NCBI GenBank assembly: GCA_963664225.1
Contig: OY760937.1
Coordinates: 2,528,001-2,592,000 of the forward strand
DNA: 64,000 nucleotides
Direction of reading: 5' to 3'
Source: Verrucomicrobiia bacterium
GTDB lineage: Bacteria; Verrucomicrobiota; Verrucomicrobiia; Limisphaerales; UBA1319
Positions 22,455-32,516 of this stretch are shown here, piece after piece (positions within the stretch are counted from its first letter, which is position 1; the number at the start of each line of letters is the position of its first letter). The notes under the pieces are model-generated. The model searched no databases. It saw only the letters and a program-made list of their open reading frames with translations, and was not told where the DNA came from. Position numbers and translations under genes: made by a program.

Positions 22455-22483
22455 AATATACCTAGCACCGCAAGGCGTGTCAA
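22455..22483 (-). promoter_or_regulatory. Sigma70-type promoter of the padR operon
   Basis: TTGACA-N17-TATATT on the minus strand, 6 nt before the ATG. Confidence 0.75.
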
Positions 22484-22611
22484 CTACCTTCGAAATTATT
22501 TTTAAATTGTATCCGGTTGCAAGGACTGCGGTGGCGGAATTCAACGCGCAACCATTTTATGGAATGGTCAATCGCGATAATTCCCCAGCGGCGTGGGATG
22601 CGAAGTTGACG

Positions 22612-22882
22612 GTTACCATTTCAACCCGCTCGATTCGACGATAGCCCCACCGGCTGAAGCCGGGACTCCATACCTGTTCATCCGTGGCCAACGGTTTTCC
22701 CTTCTCACTCTGTACAGCAACGAAACCTGACTGAGCGTGCCGTACTGCCTGGCTTGAACTACCGCCGCTAATTCGTTTGCCGCAAGTCCATTCGTGCTGC
22801 AATTACAGTTACCATTTCAACCCGCTCGATTCGACGATAGCCCCACCGGCTGAAGCCGGGACTCCATACCTGTTCATCCGTG
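22612..22882. repeat. 75-bp direct repeat (22612-22686 and 22808-22882) containing a REP-like hairpin
   Basis: Identical copies containing ccggctgaagccgggactccatac. Confidence 0.9.
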
Positions 22883-22983
22883 CTGTAATCGATGTTGAGC
22901 GCGATAACGGCCTGCTCGTTACTCACGTCACCCGGCCTGCCTTCACCGGGTTCCTCTGCCGCCGCGAGCCAGTATGTTTTCAG

Positions 22984-25900
22984 TTATTCCTCCAAACGGG
23001 CGCGGTAGAATTTCAGAAACGCGTTGGTCGTGCTGCGGTCGGTGCAGATGTCGGCGCCCGACTGGTTGACGATGACCGCCAGCGGTTCCCATTGGACGGC
23101 ATTTGTGGAGACTTCGATGGCCACTTTGGCCCCCGCAATACTGATCACAGGGAGAAGCCAGGAACCATCCGGTTGCTGGCTGCACTGGCCCAGCCGTGGC
23201 GCGGACGCATCCACGGGCAGCGTCTGGCGCCTGCCTTGAATGGGTGTGGTTTGTGGCGCGCTCATGTCATCAAATACAGCCGACCCGGCGAAGAGTCCGG
23301 CTGTGGTGGCATTGGTCGGCGGTGTGACCTGATAGGTCAAAACGCGTGGCTGACCATCGGTGAAGAACCATTTGACCTGTCCATTGACGGCATCCCATGT
23401 GCCGCCCGCGCTGATGGAGGACACAGTCCATCCAGTCGGGGGTTGGTCTTCGACGGCATAAGCCAGCACACCGGTGGGAGGTGTCGCGGTGAGGGTTACT
23501 GGCAGGGCGGTACCCGGCGTATAGCTGGCGGGCAAATCACTCACGATGCGGTTTACAGCAACCACGGCCATTGTGCGGATGATATTCGTGTGCACGACGT
23601 TCGTTTGAACAATGAACGACACGTTGATCCAGCAGTAGGGCGGGGCTCCGGAGGATGGGGAAAAGATGTAGGCTTCACCGCCTTTCCAAAGCGCGCCCGC
23701 GCGGGTCACGTAATCCATGCGAATGGGATTGGGCCCCACAGGCCAATTCGCGCCTTTCTTCCAGGCGGCGCTGTAGGCCGTGACTTCATTGATGCTCATG
23801 AGGTGATCCTCCGGCGACATATCCGCCGGATGGTATTGCCGGCCGGATGGAATCGTATCGTCACCCGTAATAGCCACGCCCGTGCCGTCCGCGGAGAGTT
23901 GTCCAATGAATTCCGCTTCCCTCACCGCATTGTCCGGGGGAGTCACTTTATAGGACAAGGTGCGGGGTTCGGCATCGAAAAATGGGCCGAACTTGACCAT
24001 TCCACTCAGGGCGTCGAAAACGCCTTCATGGCTGATGGAGGACACAGTCCACCCCCACGGGGGAGAATCCTGGAGCGCGTAAGCATAGGAGCCCGGTGCG
24101 GGTGTCACGAGAATTTCCACCCGGAACGGCGTTTGCGGCAGATACACTTCGGGAAGATGGCGCACCGCTGTCGAAACCACGATGGGTTGACTGACGCTGA
24201 AGCTGACATTCACGGAAGGTGAGGTGGCATTTCGATTGTCCGTGGCCCTGGCTGAGGCCGTGTAATTGCCAGGGGTTGTGGGTGTCCACTCCAACGCATA
24301 AACGCCTTGGGCGGAGCTGAGGGAAATGCCCTCTCCCACACTGTGGTCGTTGACGAAAAACTCGACGGATTTTACGTAGCCATCCGGATCAGTTGCGGAG
24401 GCTTTGAATAGAATCGTCAGATTCACCGGGTAATCCCTGCCTTCCTGCGGCGAAAGCATTCCGATCTCAGGCCATTGGTTGGGGAGCGGTTCATCGCGCC
24501 GGTAGGTGAGCCAGACCTGGCTGGTTTTTGGGTTGACCAGGTAGATTCTGGATTCCCTGGGCTGGCTTGTGTTGACACTGTCCGGAGACAGAAGCAACGC
24601 CAGGTATTCGCCCACGGAGGTCAGCTCGGAACGATAACCCGTGGGGCTGACATCAAAGGGCAGTTCCGGCAGCTCAATGACTCCAGTATTAACGCCATTC
24701 GCATTAAGACGGAGCAGGCGGGCATGGCCGCTGCCCTGATGATAAACCTCCAATCCATAAAGAGAGTCGTCAACCGCATGATACTGGAGGCAATCGAAAT
24801 CCAGATTTTGAACACTGGAAACCAGAGACCACCTTGAGAGGGTGGAATCGTTGGCGTAAAGGAAGCCTTCACCACCGAGGCTGACCAGGAGCGCCCTTTG
24901 GCGCATGGAATCGTAGGTCATTCCCATGGGCCAGCTTAACTCCGGCACACCGGAGCCCAGGTTCACTTGAATTGTGGATCCGACCCGGGTGTCCAACATA
25001 TAAACGCTCTGACTCTCCGTGCCGTAGTAGAATCTCTCACCGCTGGTTCGCGTGGCGCGCATGCCGCCGGGGAAAAATGCGTTTGTGTCCACTGGACCGT
25101 CCAGTGTGTAGTTCTTGACGATCAGATGGCCGTTTGTGGTGCCCGGGCTTCCGCTCCAGAAAGTGAGGCTGAAGGGAAATTTGAACAACAGCCGCGGGTC
25201 ATCCTGAACTTTATCAATCGTGAATCCGCCAGGCATCGGTGCGGTATAGAGGCCCTGGAAACTGGAAAGCTGTAATCCGGTCAATGCGTAGAGCTTGGGC
25301 AAGGCCTGATTGAACTGGGCTGATCCCACTTCAAAGCCCGCCCAAAGCACCTGACCATAATTTCCACCAGGGAACGCCTCGACGATCTCCACTCCCGCGC
25401 CCAGCCCCGAGATGGTCTGGGCGTAAAACCCGCCCAGGATCACCTTTTCCACAATGCAATTGCTGGCCACGTTGACCTGCCAATGCACCGGTTCGTAGGC
25501 GCTTAGGAATAGCGTGACCCGTTTTCCGGGACGATTCACGTTAACCAACGCCTCACCCTTCAGGTTATTTGGACTGGGTCCGCCATTATAATTGCCGGAG
25601 TAAACGCCTATCCCATGGAGTTCCCGTTCAGAAACGGTTCCTTGAACGGTGACGTGAGTCCCACCAGAAACAACAGGATGCCCCAAGGCGTCGGTGGCTT
25701 TGGCTGTTAGCGTGTAGTTCCCCGGTGCCGTATTGGTCCAAACCACCGAATGATACATGGGCGTTCCCGCAGGCGGCTCGACCAAGGTGGATATTTGGGA
25801 CACACCCACGAGCTTATCGTTGGCGAAAAATTCGACCCGGTAAATGGTGCCATGCGGGTCCGTGGCCGTTGCGTTAATAGGAACAATTACCGGTGCCATG

Positions 25901-27654
25901 AAGCTGGCGCCGTTTGTGGGGCTGGTGATGACGAGCGAGGCCGACTGATTGGTCAGGGAGTCGTTATCGCGGATCACCACACTGACCCTGTTCGAGAATC
26001 CGATGCCATAGACCAACTGCCTGTTCAGAACGGTGGGGATCAATTCCGCCACAATGGTTTCGTCGGCTTCCACCAGCTTGTCGTCAATGGTTTGGACCCG
26101 CACATCGACATACTGTCGGCCTGCCGGAATGGTATTGGTGATCGGAAGCCGGACATAATCCACTCCATTGGATGCCGTGCCGCCTAAACTCCATGCCACC
26201 AGCAAGTTGGAATTGGTTTGCAAAGTACGACTGATGCGGAAAAAAAGGTTGGTCATACCTTCCAAAACGCTATTGGTGGAGGCTGAGATATTGACGATTG
26301 GAATCTGGTTGGTCAGGTAAACCGGTTTCGTGGCCAGGTATTCGCCAGCAATCGGCGGATCCCCGTTCACCGGAGGCAGTTCGCCCGGTTTTTGCCAGGT
26401 GACCGCGCAGTGATCGCCACCACCACCCTCTTTCATAAGGGCCTCCACATAGTAATAATGCCCGGCCATGAGTGTGATGGGTTCAGTACGATTGTTGATG
26501 CTGCCGTCTGCGCCGGGCATCTGGCTCCATTCCCTTGGCATGCTCCATGATTCCTCCTTTGCGACAAGCACCTTGTTTTCGGGTGACGAATCGCTGCTAA
26601 GCCACAACTCACCCTGGTCGTCCGAGGCGATGTAGAAGACGTATTGGCCATCGGTCGGCGGCTTGAGATAACCGGAAATCCGCTGGCCGTAATTGTCGGC
26701 CACATCCATGGGTGCCTCGAAACTGTTGATGAAATTCACCTGATCCGGTTTGTCGGGGAATTTCCCGCTGCCGGTCAGGTCAGCCACCGTGATGCCGGGA
26801 ACGTCCAGATACACCTCGCGCTTAAGGTATCCCGCCACCAGATGCGTATCGACGGGGGGGCTCATGACTGTGATGAGGACCGGGACGGAGGTGGAATGGA
26901 GGTTGCCAGTAGTGGTGGCGACCGCAGTCAGGGTATGCGTGCCGGCCGCGATGTTTTGCAGTTGGAATTTGATGGGATAAACACTCTGAAGTGCGGTATT
27001 GGTCACCCCGCCCGCCCTTTGCCCATCGAGAAGAAATTCCACGGTCTGGATCAGGCTGTTACGCGCCTCGGCCAATCCGGTCACCGCCACTGGGACTGAG
27101 TACGAATTGGTTGAATTGTCCACTGGCGCCGTTAGAAGAATCACCGGCGAGACATTGGCGCTCGCATTATCGTCCTTGATGATGACAGTGGCCTCGGTGG
27201 GTGATCCCAACTCGTATTTCGCCACAGGTGACATGGACATGTCCGGCAACAGGGTCAGGGTTACCGTTTCGTCACTTTCGGGCAGACCGTCCTGGTAAGG
27301 CCAAACTACTGTGTGAACCTCACGCACACCCGCCGGTATCTGTATCGAATCCGGTATGGCGGCGTAGTCCAGACCCGGTATGGCGTTGCCCTGCAATCGG
27401 GTGAAGACCCAGACGGCGGAATTGGTGTTGCCCGTGCGCCGAATGGTGAATTGCGCGAAATTGATCAGCCCCGCATCGGTGGGTTTCTCCCAACCTGCCG
27501 GGTCGCTGGCGATCACCGAGAGGATGGGGACCTGCGAAAGGTTCGTCCCGGTACCCGGTGGATTTGTTTGGGCGGAACCTGTTTGAAGCCCCGCCATGAA
27601 AACCCATGAGCTTGCGATCAAGATTGTTAGGAATCTGAGACCCGAGTTTTTCAT
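22984..27654 (-). CDS. Large secreted multidomain protein (Calx-beta, Ig-like, PA14, cohesin-like repeats)
   Basis: Signal peptide, TIRRTG..G.A..G.DY Calx-beta, YTLTAKATD Ig repeats, DNYGQRISG..IASDD PA14, C-terminal KFYRAR. Confidence 0.85.
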   Translation of the reverse strand: MKNSGLRFLTILIASSWVFMAGLQTGSAQTNPPGTGTNLSQVPILSVIASDPAGWEKPTDAGLINFAQFTIRRTGNTNSAVWVFTRLQGNAIPGLDYAAIPDSIQIPAGVREVHTVVWPYQDGLPESDETVTLTLLPDMSMSPVAKYELGSPTEATVIIKDDNASANVSPVILLTAPVDNSTNSYSVPVAVTGLAEARNSLIQTVEFLLDGQRAGGVTNTALQSVYPIKFQLQNIAAGTHTLTAVATTTGNLHSTSVPVLITVMSPPVDTHLVAGYLKREVYLDVPGITVADLTGSGKFPDKPDQVNFINSFEAPMDVADNYGQRISGYLKPPTDGQYVFYIASDDQGELWLSSDSSPENKVLVAKEESWSMPREWSQMPGADGSINNRTEPITLMAGHYYYVEALMKEGGGGDHCAVTWQKPGELPPVNGDPPIAGEYLATKPVYLTNQIPIVNISASTNSVLEGMTNLFFRISRTLQTNSNLLVAWSLGGTASNGVDYVRLPITNTIPAGRQYVDVRVQTIDDKLVEADETIVAELIPTVLNRQLVYGIGFSNRVSVVIRDNDSLTNQSASLVITSPTNGASFMAPVIVPINATATDPHGTIYRVEFFANDKLVGVSQISTLVEPPAGTPMYHSVVWTNTAPGNYTLTAKATDALGHPVVSGGTHVTVQGTVSERELHGIGVYSGNYNGGPSPNNLKGEALVNVNRPGKRVTLFLSAYEPVHWQVNVASNCIVEKVILGGFYAQTISGLGAGVEIVEAFPGGNYGQVLWAGFEVGSAQFNQALPKLYALTGLQLSSFQGLYTAPMPGGFTIDKVQDDPRLLFKFPFSLTFWSGSPGTTNGHLIVKNYTLDGPVDTNAFFPGGMRATRTSGERFYYGTESQSVYMLDTRVGSTIQVNLGSGVPELSWPMGMTYDSMRQRALLVSLGGEGFLYANDSTLSRWSLVSSVQNLDFDCLQYHAVDDSLYGLEVYHQGSGHARLLRLNANGVNTGVIELPELPFDVSPTGYRSELTSVGEYLALLLSPDSVNTSQPRESRIYLVNPKTSQVWLTYRRDEPLPNQWPEIGMLSPQEGRDYPVNLTILFKASATDPDGYVKSVEFFVNDHSVGEGISLSSAQGVYALEWTPTTPGNYTASARATDNRNATSPSVNVSFSVSQPIVVSTAVRHLPEVYLPQTPFRVEILVTPAPGSYAYALQDSPPWGWTVSSISHEGVFDALSGMVKFGPFFDAEPRTLSYKVTPPDNAVREAEFIGQLSADGTGVAITGDDTIPSGRQYHPADMSPEDHLMSINEVTAYSAAWKKGANWPVGPNPIRMDYVTRAGALWKGGEAYIFSPSSGAPPYCWINVSFIVQTNVVHTNIIRTMAVVAVNRIVSDLPASYTPGTALPVTLTATPPTGVLAYAVEDQPPTGWTVSSISAGGTWDAVNGQVKWFFTDGQPRVLTYQVTPPTNATTAGLFAGSAVFDDMSAPQTTPIQGRRQTLPVDASAPRLGQCSQQPDGSWLLPVISIAGAKVAIEVSTNAVQWEPLAVIVNQSGADICTDRSTTNAFLKFYRARLEE

Positions 27655-27950
27655 GTCAATCTCTCCGGTAAATTGTTCTCAAAAGCAAAAAATCCATACC
27701 TCCGCATTGGCCTGGGTGGCTGATGTACGGTTTCCCGGAAACAAACCAAGCCCAAGCCGTTTTCTAAAATTAAATCTATAGCATAAACTGTACGAGTGCC
27801 ATTAAATACCGCGAATATTTTGGTTTTATTGCGTTCAATCACCGATCCAACCAAGACACTTGGAAGCAGTGTAAAAGCGCACTTCGATCACTTCGCACTT
27901 GAGGCATAACGCGCTTGAAGGTTTCCACACTCACAGTTAATCTCCGCGCC

Positions 27951-30788
27951 ATGCCATTCCTGCAATTCGCTTTACAGACCACGTGGCGATTTAAATCGTC
28001 GCGAGAGCAAAGCTTGCTGCGAATCGTTTCCACACTCCGATCCGCGCTCCTGATCTGGGGATTGATTGCGGGAATCTGCCATTCGTACGGCCAGTCCAAC
28101 GTGTTCCTGCCGGATGTCCCCGAACTCACGACCAGAACCTGGCAGGTCGAAGACGGTTTGCCGCAAAATTCGGTGAATTGCTTTGCGCAGACACCCGATG
28201 GGTACCTCTGGTTTGGCACTTTCAATGGCCTGGTCCGGTTCGATGGGGTGCGCTTCAAAGTTTATGATTCCGCCAACACTCCCGGGCTGCCGGGTAATCG
28301 GATTGTGCGGCTTTATTGCGATCGACGCGGTCAATTGTGGGTGGTCAACGAAAACGGCGCTCTCTCGATCCGCACAGATGCCGGATTTACGAGCCTGGGC
28401 GCTGATGCCGGCTTGGTGAAAGAGCGAGTCAACGCCCTGGGTGAGGATAAAGAGGGCCGCGTTTATATTGGCACCGGCTCGGGAGCGTTGTTCCGGTGGA
28501 ACGAGGCCCGATTTGAAACCGTTTTAAAACCCGATTCATCGAAGCTTCAGGTGCCTCCCATTTTTCAAATCGAACCCCATCCCCAGGACGGCGTTTTCAT
28601 TGTCTGCGATCAGGGCCGGGCTTTTCATGTTCATAATTCCATCCCGCTTCCCCTGTTCGAACCCGAGGGGCGATCCGATGATATTCGACGGATGGCCCGC
28701 GCGCGTGACGGGGGATTCTGGATCGCCACAGTGCGGGGTGTTTACCATTGGAAGGACGGCCAGTGGACCAAGGGGCGCTGGCGGCAACCGGATCGGTGGA
28801 ATTTCGTCTGGTCCCTGGTCGAAGACCACGAGGGCAACCTCTGGATGTCCCAGTATAATGACGATTTCTGGTGCCTGAAAGCCACCGGGCCTGAAGAACC
28901 CGTGACCTTCAAGGAGCACCCTTCCTTTGCCAAGGCCCGACCGTTGTTCGAGGATCGCGAAGGCAATCTCTGGATCGGCACTGACGGCGAAGGTCTGGTG
29001 CAGGTCCGTTCCCGCGAGGTCCAGATGCTGGGGCGAAAGGATGGTTTGCGCCAGGACATGGTGATGACGGTCACGGAGGACGCCGGCGGGGCCATTTGGT
29101 TTGGCTACAACACTGCGGGCATTGACCGGCTGGATACTGCTTCCGGAAAAATCGAGCGTTTGGTCCAAATGCCTGAGCTGTCGGAAGTGGCTCCCGTTTG
29201 GAAAATGCTCACGGATCGCACCGGAGGCATATGGATTTCATTGTACAACGGCGGAATTCTCCATTACGAGAACAACCATTTCACCTCGATATCCAACCTG
29301 TCCTTGCTCAAACCGCTTACCTTGTTTGAGGATCGCAAAGGGGATATATGGGCCGGGATCCGCAACGAGCGGGGGCAGCTACCGCCGGGGATGGTGGGCG
29401 GTCTGGCGCGAATCCATGACGGTCTGGGGACCAATTACACCTGGCGCGGGGTGGAGCATGATGGAGTGAGGGCGGTTGCCGAAGATGCCTCAGGCACCAT
29501 TTGGGTGGGAACAGACGGGGCCGGACTTTTCAAGTTCACCGCGGCAGGAGCCGAGCCGGTGGTGCCCATCAGCGGACCTTCAGCCCGGCGTGTCTCGTCA
29601 CTTATCGCCGATCCAGAGGGCAATATGTGGGTCGGCACGTTCCAGGAGGGACTGGTTTTGTTCCGTGAGGGTCACGCGTTTTCGTTTCGTTCCAACAACC
29701 AGTTTTCCTTTCACGATGTGGTCAATCTGAGCCTGGATGCCGAGGATCACCTCTGGATCGGAACCGAGAAGGGCGTGTTTGGAATGCCGCGCAAGCAGTT
29801 GATCGCCATGACCGCCGATCCAAACCTTGGCGTGAACCAGATCGCGCTCAATAAATATTCCGGTCTGCCATCGTTCGAGCTGAACGGTCCTGTGTATTTT
29901 GCAAAAGACGGGCGGGCATGGATCCCCACAACCAAGGGAGTAGGCTGGTTCATGCCGTCGGATTTGCGAGAGAACACCAACCCACCGCCGGTGAGGGTTG
30001 AATCCATCACAATCAACGGGGTCAATCAGACCACTGAGGCGTCCGGCCCGCAGGGAACCACGAACGACCTGAACCAGGCGCAAGTGGTGGTTCCGGCTGG
30101 CAATCGCACGCTGGAATTTAATTACACCGGGTTGAGCTTCAGCAATCCCGAGGCTGTCCGTTTTCGCTATCGCCTGGAGGGTGTGGACGAGGGATGGGTT
30201 TGGGCCGAAGGCCGCCGGACCGCCTTCTACACGCTTGTGCCGCCTGGACAATACCGATTCAATGTAACCGCCGCAAACGATCAAGGCGTCTGGAATCCGG
30301 TGGGAGCAATCGTGACCATTCGGGTGAAACCTTTCTTGTGGCAGACCGGATGGTTTCGCGCGCTTGTTTTGCTCGGGTTGGTCGGGTTGGCGGCTGGAAT
30401 CGCGGCAAAGGTTAGCGCTTCAAAGTTGCGCCATGAAATGGCACGGACCGAGGAACGGAATGCACGGCTGCGTGCCGACGCCATGGCCGCCGCCAACAAG
30501 CTGTTGAAAGCAAAAACCGACGATTTGGAGGATGCCCTGTCCAAGGTGAAAACCCTCCGCGGCCTGATCCCGATTTGCGCCTCATGCAAAAAAATCAGGG
30601 ACGACCAGGGCTACTGGAACCGCGTGGAATCCTACATCCAGGAGCACTCCGAAGCCAAGTTCTCCCATGGACTCTGCCCTGATTGCATCCGCGACCAATG
30701 GTCCGAATACTCCGCGAAGCAGGATAAAGCGAATGTAAACAAAGAGAATACACCGCCCCAAGGCGATCCAGAAGGCCTGAGTCGTTAG
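27951..30788 (+). CDS. Membrane sensor: two-component regulator propeller + Y_Y_Y domain + TM + Cys4 C-terminal domain
   Basis: DGLPQNSV..QTPDGYLWFGT..GL.RFDG, repeated ED.EGNLW, FRYRLEG.D..W, C-terminal PICASCKKIRDD...SHGLCPDC; start uncertain. Confidence 0.88.
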   Translation: MPFLQFALQTTWRFKSSREQSLLRIVSTLRSALLIWGLIAGICHSYGQSNVFLPDVPELTTRTWQVEDGLPQNSVNCFAQTPDGYLWFGTFNGLVRFDGVRFKVYDSANTPGLPGNRIVRLYCDRRGQLWVVNENGALSIRTDAGFTSLGADAGLVKERVNALGEDKEGRVYIGTGSGALFRWNEARFETVLKPDSSKLQVPPIFQIEPHPQDGVFIVCDQGRAFHVHNSIPLPLFEPEGRSDDIRRMARARDGGFWIATVRGVYHWKDGQWTKGRWRQPDRWNFVWSLVEDHEGNLWMSQYNDDFWCLKATGPEEPVTFKEHPSFAKARPLFEDREGNLWIGTDGEGLVQVRSREVQMLGRKDGLRQDMVMTVTEDAGGAIWFGYNTAGIDRLDTASGKIERLVQMPELSEVAPVWKMLTDRTGGIWISLYNGGILHYENNHFTSISNLSLLKPLTLFEDRKGDIWAGIRNERGQLPPGMVGGLARIHDGLGTNYTWRGVEHDGVRAVAEDASGTIWVGTDGAGLFKFTAAGAEPVVPISGPSARRVSSLIADPEGNMWVGTFQEGLVLFREGHAFSFRSNNQFSFHDVVNLSLDAEDHLWIGTEKGVFGMPRKQLIAMTADPNLGVNQIALNKYSGLPSFELNGPVYFAKDGRAWIPTTKGVGWFMPSDLRENTNPPPVRVESITINGVNQTTEASGPQGTTNDLNQAQVVVPAGNRTLEFNYTGLSFSNPEAVRFRYRLEGVDEGWVWAEGRRTAFYTLVPPGQYRFNVTAANDQGVWNPVGAIVTIRVKPFLWQTGWFRALVLLGLVGLAAGIAAKVSASKLRHEMARTEERNARLRADAMAAANKLLKAKTDDLEDALSKVKTLRGLIPICASCKKIRDDQGYWNRVESYIQEHSEAKFSHGLCPDCIRDQWSEYSAKQDKANVNKENTPPQGDPEGLSR

Positions 30789-30970
30789 AAAAGAAGGAGG
30801 CGTGGACACTCAGCCGACGGCCATGCACGCGCGGGCCGTCTGAATCGGATTTGCCTTTGACCGATGGTTCGAAAGCGCCGAACCACCGGGTCAAAGAAAA
30901 AACATTATCCAGCCCGTTTAGGCCAACCAGCCCTTATGTTACTGAAAACCAGTTCAAGGCTGGCCGACTC

Positions 30971-32296
30971 TTAGTCGAGCGTGGCAGGAAGGCGGACAAA
31001 CTTGAGCCAGCGCGCCAGTTTCTCAGCCTCCCAGATTCGAGGCACGTATTGACGGAAACGGGCCACGGCGGAGAGTCGTCCATTCACGATGATCTCGGCC
31101 GGCAGCGGGCGGCTATTGTAATTGGAGGCCATGACAAATCCATAGGCCCCGGCGCTCATAATGGCCAGCAGGTCGCCTTCGACGAATTTGGGCAGCGGGC
31201 GATCATGGCAGAAGGCGTCCCCAGACTCGCAAACCGGGCCGACCACGTCGGTCGGGATGCCAGCGCCGCCTTTTTGCGTGACGGGAATGATCTGGTGATG
31301 GGCGTCGTAAAGAGCCGGACGAATCAGGTCGTTCATGGCGGCATCTACAATGACAAAGTTCTTTTCGCCGACCGTCTTGACGTACTCCACGCGGGTCACC
31401 AGGACCCCGGCATTCCCGACTATGAACCGGCCTGGCTCAATCAGAATGCGCAGGTTCAATGGCTGCACCAGGGGCAGAATGCTCTGTGCGTAGGACTCCG
31501 GCGTGATCATTTCCCGGCCGGCGCCGGATTCCCACCACGCGGGATCGCCGCTTTCCAAGGCCTGTGTGTATTCGATGCCCAAGCCGCCGCCGAGGCTGAA
31601 AAAGTCCAGGTTGTGAAGCTCCTGCAACTTTTTCACCAATGGAATCATTTTCCGAACCGCCTGTTCGAAGGGCTTGACGGAGGTGATCTGAGAGCCGATG
31701 TGCATCTGGATGCCGCGCAGACGCAGGTTCTTGAGCTTGCGCGCCCGGGTATAGAATCCCTCGACATCCTCGAAGGGAATGCCGAATTTATTGGCGTAAG
31801 TGCCCGTGGTGATTTTGGCATGGGTGTCCGCGCTGACGTTTGGATTCACACGGGCGGCCACCGGCGCGATTTTTTTCAGGCGCGCGGCCACCCGATTGAT
31901 GCGCTCGAGTTCCGGCTCGCTTTCGACGTTGAAGGAAAAAATATTTTGCTTCAGTGCAAATTCGATTTCTTCCTCCGTTTTGCCCACTCCGGCAAAAACA
32001 CAGGTGCGTGGATCGCCGCCTGCGGCACAAACGCGGCGCAGCTCACCGATGCTGACGACATCGAAACCGCTGCCTTCGTTGGCCAGGGCGCGAAGAACCG
32101 AGGCGTTGGAGTTGGCCTTGACCGCATAGCAGATCAGACGGGGAAGCGCCGAGAGGGCCTTGTCGAGCTGTTGGTAACGGCGAATGATCGTTCCCTGTGA
32201 ATAGACGTACAGGGGTGTTCCTTCCTGTTTGGCCAGCGTCTCCAGCGAAACATTCTCGCAATTTAATTTTCCATTTAAATACTTAAATTCGTGCAT
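30971..32296 (-). CDS. lysA: Diaminopimelate decarboxylase
   Basis: YAVKANSN, HIGSQI, EPGRFIV, GPVCESGD, GAYGF.MASNYNSRP. Confidence 0.97.
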   Translation of the reverse strand: MHEFKYLNGKLNCENVSLETLAKQEGTPLYVYSQGTIIRRYQQLDKALSALPRLICYAVKANSNASVLRALANEGSGFDVVSIGELRRVCAAGGDPRTCVFAGVGKTEEEIEFALKQNIFSFNVESEPELERINRVAARLKKIAPVAARVNPNVSADTHAKITTGTYANKFGIPFEDVEGFYTRARKLKNLRLRGIQMHIGSQITSVKPFEQAVRKMIPLVKKLQELHNLDFFSLGGGLGIEYTQALESGDPAWWESGAGREMITPESYAQSILPLVQPLNLRILIEPGRFIVGNAGVLVTRVEYVKTVGEKNFVIVDAAMNDLIRPALYDAHHQIIPVTQKGGAGIPTDVVGPVCESGDAFCHDRPLPKFVEGDLLAIMSAGAYGFVMASNYNSRPLPAEIIVNGRLSAVARFRQYVPRIWEAEKLARWLKFVRLPATLD

Positions 32297-32516
32297 ATTC
32301 TTCTTAAACTACAGCAATACTTTAGTTGCTGCCACTTCGCAAGGGATTCACAAAAGTGATCCATCCCATACTAAAAATCAATCCTCTTTCTGACGGAAAT
32401 TAGCGGGATTTGTTCATCGTTGCATGAATTATTTCAAAATAAAATATGGCACGATGGGCAGTGTGTCCTACACTGAGACAGTTTTGCCTTGATGCGAGGC
32501 ACGCTTGATTCAACCG

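Noticed and set aside
22905..22975. Hairpins just downstream of the large surface protein gene as a riboswitch or ribozyme
   Set aside because: Stems are present (acccgg/ccgggt) but no conserved core of a known class is recognisable; may be a terminator-like structure.
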